Made by a program: the position numbers and the translations under genes. Under the pieces are notes generated by a model. That model had not been told where the DNA came from, searched no databases, and worked only from the letters and a program-made list of their open reading frames with translations. 64,000 nt of DNA from an uncultured delta proteobacterium (GTDB lineage Bacteria; Desulfobacterota; RBG-13-43-22): contig CAWBOS010000010.1 in the NCBI GenBank assembly GCA_963790475.1, positions 1,248,001 to 1,312,000 of the forward strand, given 5' to 3'. Below are positions 18,469 to 27,501 of this stretch, piece after piece (positions within the stretch are counted from its first letter, which is position 1; each line of letters begins with the position of its first letter).

Positions 18469-20397
18469 ATGACCGAGTCAATAAATAATAAAGCCACAGA
18501 AATCCAAGATCCGAAAGTCGGTGTATATATCTGTCATTGCGGAGGAAATATTTCCGATCATGTGGACATGGAAACCCTTCAACGGAGGACGGAAAAAATC
18601 CCCGGAGTAGCCCTGGCTCGTACCAATATGTTTATGTGTTCAGATCCAGGACAGGAATTGATTATCGAGGATCTTAAAAATGGTTTGGTGGATCGGGTGC
18701 TGGTGGCCTCCTGCGCCCCCAATCTCCACGAGACGACTTTTCGCCAAACCCTTTCTCGAGCAGGAGTCAACCCTTATCTTTACGAACATGCCAATATCCG
18801 AGAACAGGTAAGCTGGGTGCACCACGGTCAAGCCGCTACAGACAAAGCAACCCGGCTCGTCGCCGCCGCCGCAGGTAAGGCTAAAAATCTAAAGCCTTTG
18901 GAACCTCTGCGTGTGAAAGCCAAACAACATGTGACGGTCATTGGTGGGGGTCTGGCCGGATTGCGCTGTGCCAAGGATCTGGCCGATCGAGGTTTCGAGG
19001 TGGTTCTAATTGAAAAGTCTCCTTTTCTGGGAGGGAAGGCCGTGCTCATTGACCGTGTGGCCCCTACGGGAGAAAAGGCGGTTGATTTGGTTTCCGAGCT
19101 GACCACAGCGGTACTGAAAGCCCCCACTATTAAGGTCTTCACCTGCGCTCAAGTAACCGGGTTTGAGGGTTATATAGGCAATTTTCGTCTTAAGATAACC
19201 GCCTCACCCTCGGTTTCAGACGAAGATCGGAAAAAAATTGCCGACACGGCTAAAGACGGCCGCTCCCCTTACCAATGTGATCCTTTCATTGGGGTCTATG
19301 CCAAAGATATCCCCCAAGAGACCGAGGAACTAATCATTGAAACAGGGGTAATCGTGTTGGCAACTGGTTTTAAATCCTATGTCCCGAAAATAGGAGAATA
19401 CGGGTACCAAGAATTTAATAAGGTGATTACCCTGCCTGCCTTTATCCAAAAGTTCGCAGAAAGGTCAAAAAAGGGAAGCTTTCTGGAAATTGATGGTCGG
19501 GAAATACATAATATAGCTCTGATCCACTGTGTGGGCAGTAGACAAATCCCGGGCATACATGAAGAAAATGAATCGGGAGAACTGAATGAATACTGTTCCC
19601 GTATTTGTTGCACCGCTACCCTGCAGGCAGCCCTCCGGATCCGTGAAAATTATCCGGAGACACGCGTCTATGAATTGTATCGGGACATCCGTACCTATGG
19701 GCGGGGACAAGAGGAACTTTATAACCAAGCTTCCAGCGAAGGAGTAGTCTTTTTGCGTTTCAAGGCCGAGGATTCCCCGGTCGTAACCGCTAACGATTCT
19801 TCGAGTCCCTACCCCTTAAGGGTTACGGTAAAGGATACGCTCACCTTTGATGAAGAGGTGGAGGTCCCGGTAGATCTGGTGGTCTTGGCTAACGGCCTGG
19901 AACCGCATCCGATCCCCGACTTGGTTGAGATGATGAAACTCCCTGTTGGGGGAGATCGTTTTTTATTGGAAGTGCATCCCAAACTTCGGCCCGTTGAACT
20001 TTCCATCTTGGGCATCTTTCTGGCCGGGACCTGTCAAGCCCCCATGGATATGGGAGAAGTCTGTAATGCGGCCGGGGCCGCAGCGGTAAAAGCCTCGGCC
20101 CTACTGGCCCGGGGATTTGTGGAAATGGATCCTTTTGTGGCCGAAGTGGATCTTAACAAATGTAAAGGTTCAGGGGCCTGCGTAGAAGCCTGTTTAAATA
20201 AAGGGGCTCTGGAAATGGCCGAAGTGGAAGTTGAAGGTCAAACGGTTTTACGGGCCCGAATATCTCCGGCTTTATGCAAGGGATGTGGGGCTTGTGTGGC
20301 CGTATGTCCGGAAAAGGCCATCAATCTTCAAGGCTGGACCTTGAAACAATATGAAGACATGGTTGATATGATCGTCTCCGATGATCTGATCACCTGA
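18469..20397 (+). CDS. hdrA: Heterodisulfide reductase subunit A-like protein (N-terminal CHCG domain, C-terminal ferredoxin)
   Basis: VGVYICHCGGNI, CSDPGQ, ANIREQVSWVH, VIGGGLAG, HCVGSR, YCSRICC, HPKLRPVE, CKGCGACVAVCP. Confidence 0.93.
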   Translation: MTESINNKATEIQDPKVGVYICHCGGNISDHVDMETLQRRTEKIPGVALARTNMFMCSDPGQELIIEDLKNGLVDRVLVASCAPNLHETTFRQTLSRAGVNPYLYEHANIREQVSWVHHGQAATDKATRLVAAAAGKAKNLKPLEPLRVKAKQHVTVIGGGLAGLRCAKDLADRGFEVVLIEKSPFLGGKAVLIDRVAPTGEKAVDLVSELTTAVLKAPTIKVFTCAQVTGFEGYIGNFRLKITASPSVSDEDRKKIADTAKDGRSPYQCDPFIGVYAKDIPQETEELIIETGVIVLATGFKSYVPKIGEYGYQEFNKVITLPAFIQKFAERSKKGSFLEIDGREIHNIALIHCVGSRQIPGIHEENESGELNEYCSRICCTATLQAALRIRENYPETRVYELYRDIRTYGRGQEELYNQASSEGVVFLRFKAEDSPVVTANDSSSPYPLRVTVKDTLTFDEEVEVPVDLVVLANGLEPHPIPDLVEMMKLPVGGDRFLLEVHPKLRPVELSILGIFLAGTCQAPMDMGEVCNAAGAAAVKASALLARGFVEMDPFVAEVDLNKCKGSGACVEACLNKGALEMAEVEVEGQTVLRARISPALCKGCGACVAVCPEKAINLQGWTLKQYEDMVDMIVSDDLIT

Positions 20398-20414
20398 ACT
20401 TTTAGAGGGACTCG

Positions 20415-20717
20415 ATGTCTACAAAACAGAAAGAAGGATTGGTCGATCAGGGGGCTTTGAAAATACTTCGGGAGAAAAGAAAAGAGACGATCGCCCGAGT
20501 CTCTGCCATCATCAAACGACAGCGTAAGGATATCCAAGCCTTAAAAACCCTTTTACGAGAGGGAGAACGAACCATCCCGCAACTTGCAGAAATAATGAAC
20601 CGGCCCTCTTCAGAGGTTTTCTGGTACGTGGCCGCTCTTAAAAAATACGGAGAGATCTTCGAAGGGGAAAAGGTCGGGAGCTACTTCCTTTACAGGTTGG
20701 CTGACAAGTCCGAGTAA
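20415..20717 (+). CDS. Winged helix-turn-helix-like protein
   Basis: TIPQLAE.M......VFWYVAALKKYGEI pattern followed by a beta-wing. Confidence 0.75.
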   Translation: MSTKQKEGLVDQGALKILREKRKETIARVSAIIKRQRKDIQALKTLLREGERTIPQLAEIMNRPSSEVFWYVAALKKYGEIFEGEKVGSYFLYRLADKSE

Positions 20718-20742
20718 GAAGAATGATGTTAAGAAAGAAACC

Positions 20743-21060
20743 ATGACCATGATAACCGTTCATCCTGACTTTGCTAAGGAATTGAAACATTTTGGCGTAG
20801 ATCACGCATTGGATTGTTTCAATTGTGGCACTTGTACGGCCATCTGCCCCCTGATTTTTGATCATTTCCCGAGAAGATTAATCCGCTACATCCAAATAGG
20901 GGCCAAGGATAAGATAATGGAAAATCCCAAGGAATTATGGCGCTGCCTCCATTGCGGGCTTTGCACCCGGACCTGCCCGAGAGAAGCCGATCCCGGCGAG
21001 GTAATCCTGGGATTAAAACGCTATGTAGTAAACTACTGGAGGAAATCCAGACATGTATAA
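20743..21060 (+). CDS. HdrC-like 4Fe-4S dicluster protein
   Basis: CFNCGTCTAICP and WRCLHCGLCTRTCPR. Confidence 0.88.
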   Translation: MTMITVHPDFAKELKHFGVDHALDCFNCGTCTAICPLIFDHFPRRLIRYIQIGAKDKIMENPKELWRCLHCGLCTRTCPREADPGEVILGLKRYVVNYWRKSRHV

Positions 21061-21988
21061 CCCAAGGGATATCATAGATATATTAGCTGGGAATGTCAGA
21101 AAAACCAGAAGTCCTTTCGCAATCCCCAATTTTCTAGTGAACCGGTGGTGGAAAACACTTAATCTTCCTAAAAAAGGGGATGCTCTTCTTTACACGGGGA
21201 TGATGTATCAACTGGTCCCCTATATAAAAAAAACAACTCAGTATTTGGAAATGTTTGAAGACCGTAAACCGGCCGATTGGGTAGGCTTAGGCCGATATCA
21301 GCCCAAACGCCTTTCCGGGATCGGTATCGCCATGATCACCCCAGGAGTTGAAAAGCGAAAAGCCAACCAAGTCTTGCAAGATATTTCCTTAATTCTGGGC
21401 AAGTCCCGGGTAGACTTTTATTATGAACCCCGGTTGGATTATTACAGCGGCATATTGCTTTACGATTTAGGAGATCAAGAAAGCTTTATTCAACACGCCC
21501 AATTTGTTGCCGGTAAACTCCAAAGGGCTGGGGTCAAAAAAATAATCACCGTGGACCCTCATACCACTTATGCCCTGAAGGTCCTTTATCCAAAATACAC
21601 AGGGATAAGTTTTGATGTCCAATCCTACATTGAACTGATCAATTTCGAGTCGAACCAAGGAGGTGTTCAGGTTACTCTTCACGATCCCTGTTTTTACGGA
21701 AGGTATCTGGAGCTTTCCGATGCCCCCCGGGAGGCCTTAAAAAAGCAGGGGATCGAATGTCTCGAAGTGAGAAATGCCAGGAGTTTTACCAACTGTTGCG
21801 GAGGCCCGGCGGAGTCTATTTCTCCTAAACTTTCCAGGGAAGTTCTGGACCGTAGGGTTGAGGAATTACGGTTTACCGGGGCACCTATTATTGCCATGTG
21901 CCCTATCTGCCTGGGCAATCTCCAGAGGTCGGGTGCCCAAGTGGAGGACCTGTCCCAGGTGCTTGCTCGTTGTGCAATATCAGCTTAA
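21053..21988 (+). CDS. CCG-domain (HdrB/GlpC-like) Fe-S protein
   Basis: TLHDPCFYGR, TNCCGGP, AMCPIC; the first CCG repeat is degenerate (YYSG, TVDPH). Confidence 0.85.
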   Translation: MYNPRDIIDILAGNVRKTRSPFAIPNFLVNRWWKTLNLPKKGDALLYTGMMYQLVPYIKKTTQYLEMFEDRKPADWVGLGRYQPKRLSGIGIAMITPGVEKRKANQVLQDISLILGKSRVDFYYEPRLDYYSGILLYDLGDQESFIQHAQFVAGKLQRAGVKKIITVDPHTTYALKVLYPKYTGISFDVQSYIELINFESNQGGVQVTLHDPCFYGRYLELSDAPREALKKQGIECLEVRNARSFTNCCGGPAESISPKLSREVLDRRVEELRFTGAPIIAMCPICLGNLQRSGAQVEDLSQVLARCAISA

Positions 21989-22054
21989 AGGCGAAGAGGA
22001 TTGTCCTCTCTGCTTCAAGATAAAAAATAACAAAAAATTTGAAGGGAGAATAAA

Positions 22055-22429
22055 ATGTCGGAAAAAGAAGAAATGGTTATGTTTATGTGTACCCATGCAG
22101 GAGAAAACCCTGAAAAAGCGGCCATACCCTTTGTTATGGGCAGCGCCGCCTTGGCTATGGACGTCAAGGCCCTGGTGGTTCTACAAGAAGAAGGGGTATA
22201 TCTGGCCCAAAAAGGATACGCCGAACATATGACTAAACCGGGAGGGTTTGAAGCCTTGCCGAAGTTAATCGCCGATTTTTTGGAATTAGGTGGGGAACTG
22301 AAGGTCTGTGTCCCTTGTATCAAGGCCAGAAATATCAGCGAATCCGACCTGATCGATAAGGCCCAAACCACGGCTGCCGGTCAACTCATTACCGATTCTC
22401 TTAGGGCTGACTCTGTCTTTACCTACTAG
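22055..22429 (+). CDS. DsrE/DsrF-like family protein
   Basis: THAGENPEKA.IPFVMG..ALA, LQEEGVYLA, KVCVPC...R. Confidence 0.88.
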   Translation: MSEKEEMVMFMCTHAGENPEKAAIPFVMGSAALAMDVKALVVLQEEGVYLAQKGYAEHMTKPGGFEALPKLIADFLELGGELKVCVPCIKARNISESDLIDKAQTTAAGQLITDSLRADSVFTY

Positions 22430-22457
22430 GAATCCATTCTTAAAACATTTTCCCCGG

Positions 22458-22488
22458 AAAAGGCCCTGGAACTTGACCAGGGCCTTTT
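22458..22488 (+). terminator. Rho-independent terminator (possibly bidirectional)
   Basis: AAAAGGCCCTGG-loop-CCAGGGCCTTTT after the dsrE-like gene. Confidence 0.75.
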
Positions 22489-22581
22489 GGTTCTCATACC
22501 ATGAACCTGAAAACTCAGAGGGTGAAATGGGGTCGTTAATAGACCTGCTTTACGTACAGTCCCATTTTAGAAACGAATCCG

Positions 22582-22923
22582 GTGGCTTCCTCGCGTTATC
22601 AATCCATTGCCGACCGGCTTTTGGAAAAGCGGGAGAAAGCGGACCCCCAAGCGAGAAAGATGCGGGAATGGCGCAATGTAGCGGACAGCCGGATACAATC
22701 CACCTCGGCCGGAATCGCTTATCTATTACTCATACTCCATCAGATGGGACTTGGGGCCACCTGGATGACCGGCCCTATGCAGGCTACGGGAGCCATTCAG
22801 AAAATCCTCAAGGTAAAGCCCGGATGGGAGATAGTCACCTTCATCCCTGTGGGCTATCCCGATGATCAGCCAAGGCCAAGAAGCCGCAAGCCGGTCAACG
22901 AGGTCACGGAAGCAATCAGATAG
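22582..22923 (+). pseudogene. Nitroreductase C-terminal fragment
   Basis: QSTSAGIAYLLL.LHQMGLGATWMTGP, FIPVGYP, RKPVNEV; the N-terminal RRSIR/APS region is absent. Confidence 0.7.
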
Positions 22924-23070
22924 GAAGGAGAAATGGATAGATAGCCACGACCAGGCTGGATAAACGGCCAGGATAAACCGTATGACGAGGCGCATTATCT
23001 GCAAAAGTTTTTGACGATGTTAGAAGAGGCATGAAGTTTAATTAGAAAAGCCAGTGACCCTATCTCAAGC

Positions 23071-23400
23071 CTATCGAACTGGCAAATAATCTTCTCGTAC
23101 CGGCGAAAAGACTTCGATGGCCACCGAATCCGCGAGAATCTCGGCCCGGTGCTCCATATTACCGGGCACACACCAGCTGTCACCGGGTTCCACTTCAAAG
23201 GTCTCCTCCCCGATGGTAAGCCGGATTCGCCCGGAAACGAGATATCCCGTTTGCTCATGGGGGTGAGCGTGCCCAGGCAACTGCCTGCCCTTTTTCAGAA
23301 GAAATTCCGTGAAAAGAGTTTTGTCCCCATAAACTAATGTCTTAAGCTCTATACCCTCAAGAACCTGCTTATATCCTTCTGGGTTGCGTTTATAAAACAT
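23071..23400 (-). CDS. Cupin domain protein
   Basis: HAHPHEQTGY, GDSWCVPGNMEH, EVFSPVREDY; start at MFYKR. Confidence 0.9.
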   Translation of the reverse strand: MFYKRNPEGYKQVLEGIELKTLVYGDKTLFTEFLLKKGRQLPGHAHPHEQTGYLVSGRIRLTIGEETFEVEPGDSWCVPGNMEHRAEILADSVAIEVFSPVREDYLPVR

Positions 23401-23559
23401 CAGCGATTCTTCCTTTCTATAATAACCTTTTTGAGCGTTGGGGCGGACCAATCTTTTCCTATCTGATTGTCCGATCCCCCGGAACCCGTTCCAGAACGGA
23501 TTGAAACGACCTTACATGATCCCCCAATCCATAGTGGCTGACTACCGGTAACGACATTA

Positions 23560-23826
23560 TTAAGCCAGCACTTCATTCCACTCGCGTAAACTCCAACTGG
23601 ATACGACACCGTTGAGTACAAAGGGGTCACCCTGAATAAATTCCTCCGCTGCTTCGCGGGTAGTGAACAAGCCCATAGCCCCTTCTGTTGGATCGGCGAA
23701 AGGTCCGGCCATAAGAAGAACGCCGCGGGCATAAAATTCGTTTAGTCGAGCCCGATGGGCCTCGAAGTTAGATCGTGCCTTGGATAAACTCTCCGGAGTG
23801 ACCTCATAAACCATAACGATTTTCAT
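23560..23826 (-). CDS. YciI family protein
   Basis: AHRARL, LLMAGPF, AEEFIQGDPFVLNG. Confidence 0.9.
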   Translation of the reverse strand: MKIVMVYEVTPESLSKARSNFEAHRARLNEFYARGVLLMAGPFADPTEGAMGLFTTREAAEEFIQGDPFVLNGVVSSWSLREWNEVLA

Positions 23827-23881
23827 ACCCTCTCCTTATCAAGAGAAAACTTTTTTTGCATCTTGCAGCAACGATAATTTT

Positions 23882-24568
23882 CTATCGTCCACGGCCAAGG
23901 GATGACCCTGTTGTCCTGTCCGACTGCAGGCAATGGTCAGAGATTAATTTCGTTAATTCCGTAGGTGAACTAAAAATAAATAATGGATCTTGTGCTGATA
24001 ATTCCGTCCTGTCCCCATATCCCCAAAGGACACCGGCAGAATGCAGTCCGTTTTTATGGGCGGCCATTATATCCAGGTCACGATCGCCTACCATAATTGA
24101 CTTTGAAGTAATTATATTCTTTTGAAGCAAACCTTCCAGTTGCTGCGATTTAGGGATACCAACCTCTCCGCCACAAACAAATTTGAAATATTTCCGGAGA
24201 TCAAACAACTCCAGGATTTTTTCAGCAAAGTCCAGTCGCTTAGATGTGCAAACCCCAAGATTGGCCCCGGATTTATAGAGATCTTGAAGGGCAGTTTCTA
24301 TCCCTTCATAAAGTTTATTTTCAGAATAACCCACACTGGAATATCTTTCCCTGAATATGGTGACCAGGCTGTTGATACGGGCCCGGTCTGATGAGGCCGT
24401 AAGGTGAGCGAATATTTGATCAATCGGCGGCCCCATATATTTCAATAGATTGGTGATTGAGTGCTCACCATATCCATGGTAACTCAACGAATGATTAATT
24501 GACCTTGTGATCCCAATAATTGAATCGCTTAATGTTCCGTCAAGATCAAAAATAATAAAATCATACAT
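23882..24568 (-). CDS. HAD family hydrolase (phosphoglycolate phosphatase-like)
   Basis: FDLDGTL, CTSK, MVGDR..DI.AA..NG. Confidence 0.92.
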   Translation of the reverse strand: MYDFIIFDLDGTLSDSIIGITRSINHSLSYHGYGEHSITNLLKYMGPPIDQIFAHLTASSDRARINSLVTIFRERYSSVGYSENKLYEGIETALQDLYKSGANLGVCTSKRLDFAEKILELFDLRKYFKFVCGGEVGIPKSQQLEGLLQKNIITSKSIMVGDRDLDIMAAHKNGLHSAGVLWGYGDRTELSAQDPLFIFSSPTELTKLISDHCLQSDRTTGSSLGRGR

Positions 24569-24624
24569 ACTTATATCCTATCAATCCTTACCCTGAAGTT
24601 CACCGGATTTCACGGAGGACAACT

Positions 24625-25443
24625 TCATTTCAGTCTGGCCCTGGCAATGAGCACAGGGGGTATTTCGCTGTAATTTCCGTTCCAGAACAAAGGGAATGTT
24701 CCTCCTTTATAGTCCGGCGGGAAGGCGCACTCCTCAAGTCCATCCAGGACGAACCCATTCTGGAAAAGAAGCCGTAGAATCAAATGAAGAGGCCGATGAA
24801 AATAGGGGTGAGGCTCGGGTTGTCCCGGGATACCGATTCCCTGTGAAATCGTGGGGGTCATGTAATCCCATATCTTTATCCCGTATCGGGTGGAGATTTC
24901 CCCTAACCGATCTTCCATTTCGCCTATTTGAGCCATCCGACCGCTATTGAAGCAGGGATGGAGCAAGGAAAAAACAAACCGGCCCTTTGGTTTCAGCAAT
25001 TTCGGCAGTGTTGTAAAAAGAGGGTTGATATCGGCCATATCGAAAAGCGCCATACAACAAAGGGCGGCATCGAAACGGCGGGTTCCCAAATCAAGCAGGG
25101 CCGAGGAATCGGTCGCGTCCAGTTGACGGTAATCGATTTTATGATTGACCTCCGACTCGACTGACTTGGCGGCCTGAATCATGGCCCCGGAAAAATCAAA
25201 CGCGGTGACTCTTGCACCCATCTCGGACAACTTTCGCGAGGCAAAACCATTCCCACAAGCGATATCCAAGACCTCTTCGCCGGACTTCAGTTCCAGCTGG
25301 CGTTCAGTAGCGGGCCATATCAGATAACGGACAAAATCATTTCCTTCGCCCATCTGCTGATTCCAGAATGCCGCATTGATATCCCAGATCCTTCGAGCCC
25401 ACTCGTTTGCCTCTCCAGGTTTAACCTTGGGCATGATGAACAC
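24625..25443 (-). CDS. Class I SAM-dependent methyltransferase
   Basis: VLDIACGNG, FDFSGAMI, LKPKGRFVFSLLHPCF, YFHRPL. Confidence 0.9.
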   Translation of the reverse strand: MFIMPKVKPGEANEWARRIWDINAAFWNQQMGEGNDFVRYLIWPATERQLELKSGEEVLDIACGNGFASRKLSEMGARVTAFDFSGAMIQAAKSVESEVNHKIDYRQLDATDSSALLDLGTRRFDAALCCMALFDMADINPLFTTLPKLLKPKGRFVFSLLHPCFNSGRMAQIGEMEDRLGEISTRYGIKIWDYMTPTISQGIGIPGQPEPHPYFHRPLHLILRLLFQNGFVLDGLEECAFPPDYKGGTFPLFWNGNYSEIPPVLIARARLK

Positions 25444-25475
25444 ACCTCGCCATCCCTATTAGCTTATTTTTCTCC

Positions 25476-25829
25476 TCAAACATCTCGAGGTTCGGTGAGC
25501 AATTTGAAGCCGTCAAGAATCTCTGTTAACCTATTTTTTGAGACCTGTCCGATTTTATCAACGAGATCACTCTTGTTAACTGTGAAGATTTGAGAAATGT
25601 TAACTACGCTTTTTCGGGGGAGATTGGCTTCACCTTTATTCAGCAGGACATTACCGGGAGCCTTGGCCCGGTGAAGGTTCGTGGTAAGGGAACAAACGAC
25701 CACAGTATTGATTTGACTGGTGTTAAATAGATTGTTTTGAATGACGAGATGGGGATGCCGATATCCCGGTTCCGATCCCTTAGGATCAGAAAGGTCTAGC
25801 CAATAGATTTCACCTTGCTTAATCACCAA
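25476..25829 (-). CDS. mazF: Type II TA toxin, PemK/MazF family endoribonuclease
   Basis: QGEIYWLDL..P.GSEPG.RHP.LVIQ, SVVNISQIFTV.K. Confidence 0.92.
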   Translation of the reverse strand: MVIKQGEIYWLDLSDPKGSEPGYRHPHLVIQNNLFNTSQINTVVVCSLTTNLHRAKAPGNVLLNKGEANLPRKSVVNISQIFTVNKSDLVDKIGQVSKNRLTEILDGFKLLTEPRDV

Positions 25830-26080
25830 GACTCTTTCTCAATCAATTTTTTTTGTTTGCCGCGCATGGATTTTAAGATTCTTCTTTCTTCTTCTTCAGG
25901 AAAGTCTTTATAAGCCTCATTCAACCGGGTCAGCAAAGCCTGATTTTCTTGTTTTTTAACATAGTCTTGCACAGCCAGGGTGAATACCTTGCTCCGGGAA
26001 ATATGCAAGTTATTGGCTAATTTATTAATTTTTAAAAATAATTCTTCATTAAGGGATATAGCTGTTTTGACACCGGCCAT
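25823..26080 (-). CDS. Type II TA antitoxin (RHH, ChpI-like)
   Basis: KTAISL.EELF...LA..L.ISRS.VF..AV; overlaps the toxin start. Confidence 0.88.
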   Translation of the reverse strand: MAGVKTAISLNEELFLKINKLANNLHISRSKVFTLAVQDYVKKQENQALLTRLNEAYKDFPEEEERRILKSMRGKQKKLIEKESW

Positions 26081-26118
26081 ATAAAACCTCCAACTCTAAT
26101 GAACTTTTTATATCTATA

Positions 26119-26147
26119 AGTATGACTATTATTTATACATTTGTCAA
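26119..26147 (-). promoter_or_regulatory. sigma70 promoter of the TA operon
   Basis: Minus strand TTGACA-N17-CATACT. Confidence 0.65.
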
Positions 26148-26246
26148 TACCTATTAACCCTCTTAGAGTATGCCGTTTATTCTCACTTTTTCTGGAAGCA
26201 TACCAACCCTATCAAAGAAGCGGTCGGCTTGGTGCCCCCAACCCCA

Positions 26247-26576
26247 TTATCCGTTCTTTAAGGAATCGATCATTTCCACCAACTGAGTTTCATTCAATCC
26301 TCTGCCAATAATCCCATCCAGCCGTTTTGCAATCTTACCATTCTTAAAGAAGATCACCGTTGGTACTACCGCGATAGAATAGTTTTCTTTGCAACTTTTA
26401 ATTTCATCCGTTAAAACACGACATAAATTATTCTGGGTATTCTCGCCATATTTTTCGAAAATCGGCAAAAATCTCTGCGAGTAAGGACACCAAGAGGCAT
26501 AAAAAAGAACCAATAGGCTTGGGCACTCGCTCAACCTCTTATCAAATTCGGATTCGCTTTCAATTATTTTACTCAT
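26247..26576 (-). CDS. Thioredoxin family protein (CxxS)
   Basis: LVLFYASWCPYS, YSIAVVPTVIFFKNGK; probable start MSKIIE. Confidence 0.85.
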   Translation of the reverse strand: MSKIIESESEFDKRLSECPSLLVLFYASWCPYSQRFLPIFEKYGENTQNNLCRVLTDEIKSCKENYSIAVVPTVIFFKNGKIAKRLDGIIGRGLNETQLVEMIDSLKNG

Positions 26577-26606
26577 CCTAACTCCTTTAGAACCCATCCA
26601 AAGATG

Positions 26607-27338
26607 TTATATCTCAACTTTACTTCTCCGCTGAAAATCCATAGCCGCTTGCAGGTAGGCGATTATCAGACGGTGCGGGCTGTCGAGGCTTGAAGAAAGC
26701 TGCGGCAGAAAAAGTGTGGCCAAGAAAAAACGATGATCGGGCATCTCTACTATTCTGCCTTCTCCTTTGGAGTCCACCCCGGATATTTTGAGTTCCCCGG
26801 CGCCGATTTTATCCCTATATTGAGGATTCAGGCCATAATTGCAACGGAATTCCTCAACTATTTCTTCTTGCCCATACACCCGGTGGGCCAGGGTGCCTGG
26901 CACGATTTTTATAGTCAGCGCCTGATCGACAAGCGAACAGCTTAATTTGCTGATCACCAGGTTTGCTGCCTTCGGAGCGGATTCTTCGTGCTCCGCATCA
27001 GGGATCCCCAACACATTCCGTGCATACTCTACCAGAGTATGTTGAAACCCTCCTCAGGTTCCCACAAATGGCCAGTCGTTTTCGCGGGCGAATCTAATGG
27101 CCCTCAGGGCCCCGTTCATGCTCTGGTAAGGGCTGCCCGGAGAACACCAAAGGGCGTCAAAATGCTTCAACACCATTTCAGCGCCTTCATCATCCAGCGA
27201 GGGGGTCGGCAGCCAGGAGCAATCCACAATCAGGGACACGGCCCTGGCGGCATGACTTAGGGCGTCATTAGTGGCCGTGTGATACGGGGATTTCGGATCA
27301 AAATCCCCGATGATCCCAACGCGAACGGTCCGGTCCAT
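26607..27338 (-). CDS. CTP synthase C-terminal-related glutamine amidotransferase, probable selenoprotein (Sec at TGA 27054-27056)
   Basis: The two track ORFs are in frame across one TGA: PFVGT-[TGA]-GGFQH.LVEYARNVLG; also PGSPY, CNYG, HRFFLATLFLPQL. Confidence 0.85.
27023..27041 (-). promoter_or_regulatory. Putative bacterial SECIS hairpin
   Basis: Minus strand CATACTCT-GGT-AGAGTATG, a perfect 8 bp stem starting after a 12 nt spacer 3' of the in-frame TGA. Confidence 0.75.
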
Positions 27339-27411
27339 ACCCTATTTCTCCTGACCTGGTGTAGGTAGATATTTTGTCCAAAGAAGATCCACCTGACTAA
27401 TTAATATTTTC

Positions 27412-27501
27412 TCACACTCTTTCATGTTTAGTGGATGAGGATACATAAATCGGGGATTTCCGAAGTTGCAACGCATGCTTCTGTAAAAAATATCGAGTAT
27501 A
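27412..27501 (-). pseudogene. Detached 3' end of the GNAT gene interrupted by IS1380
   Basis: Reads YTRYFLQKH..., in frame with ...FPEGY from 29044-29437 once the IS and one TATA copy are removed. Confidence 0.75.

Noticed and set aside
17119-20397. Calling the two HdrA-like genes qmoAB
   Set aside because: No aprAB or qmoC nearby, MvhD is a separate upstream gene, and the domain layout differs from QmoA/QmoB
16711-21988. Selenocysteine read-through in the HdrA/MvhD genes
   Set aside because: The ORFs are continuous with Cys at the catalytic motifs and no in-frame TGA is needed
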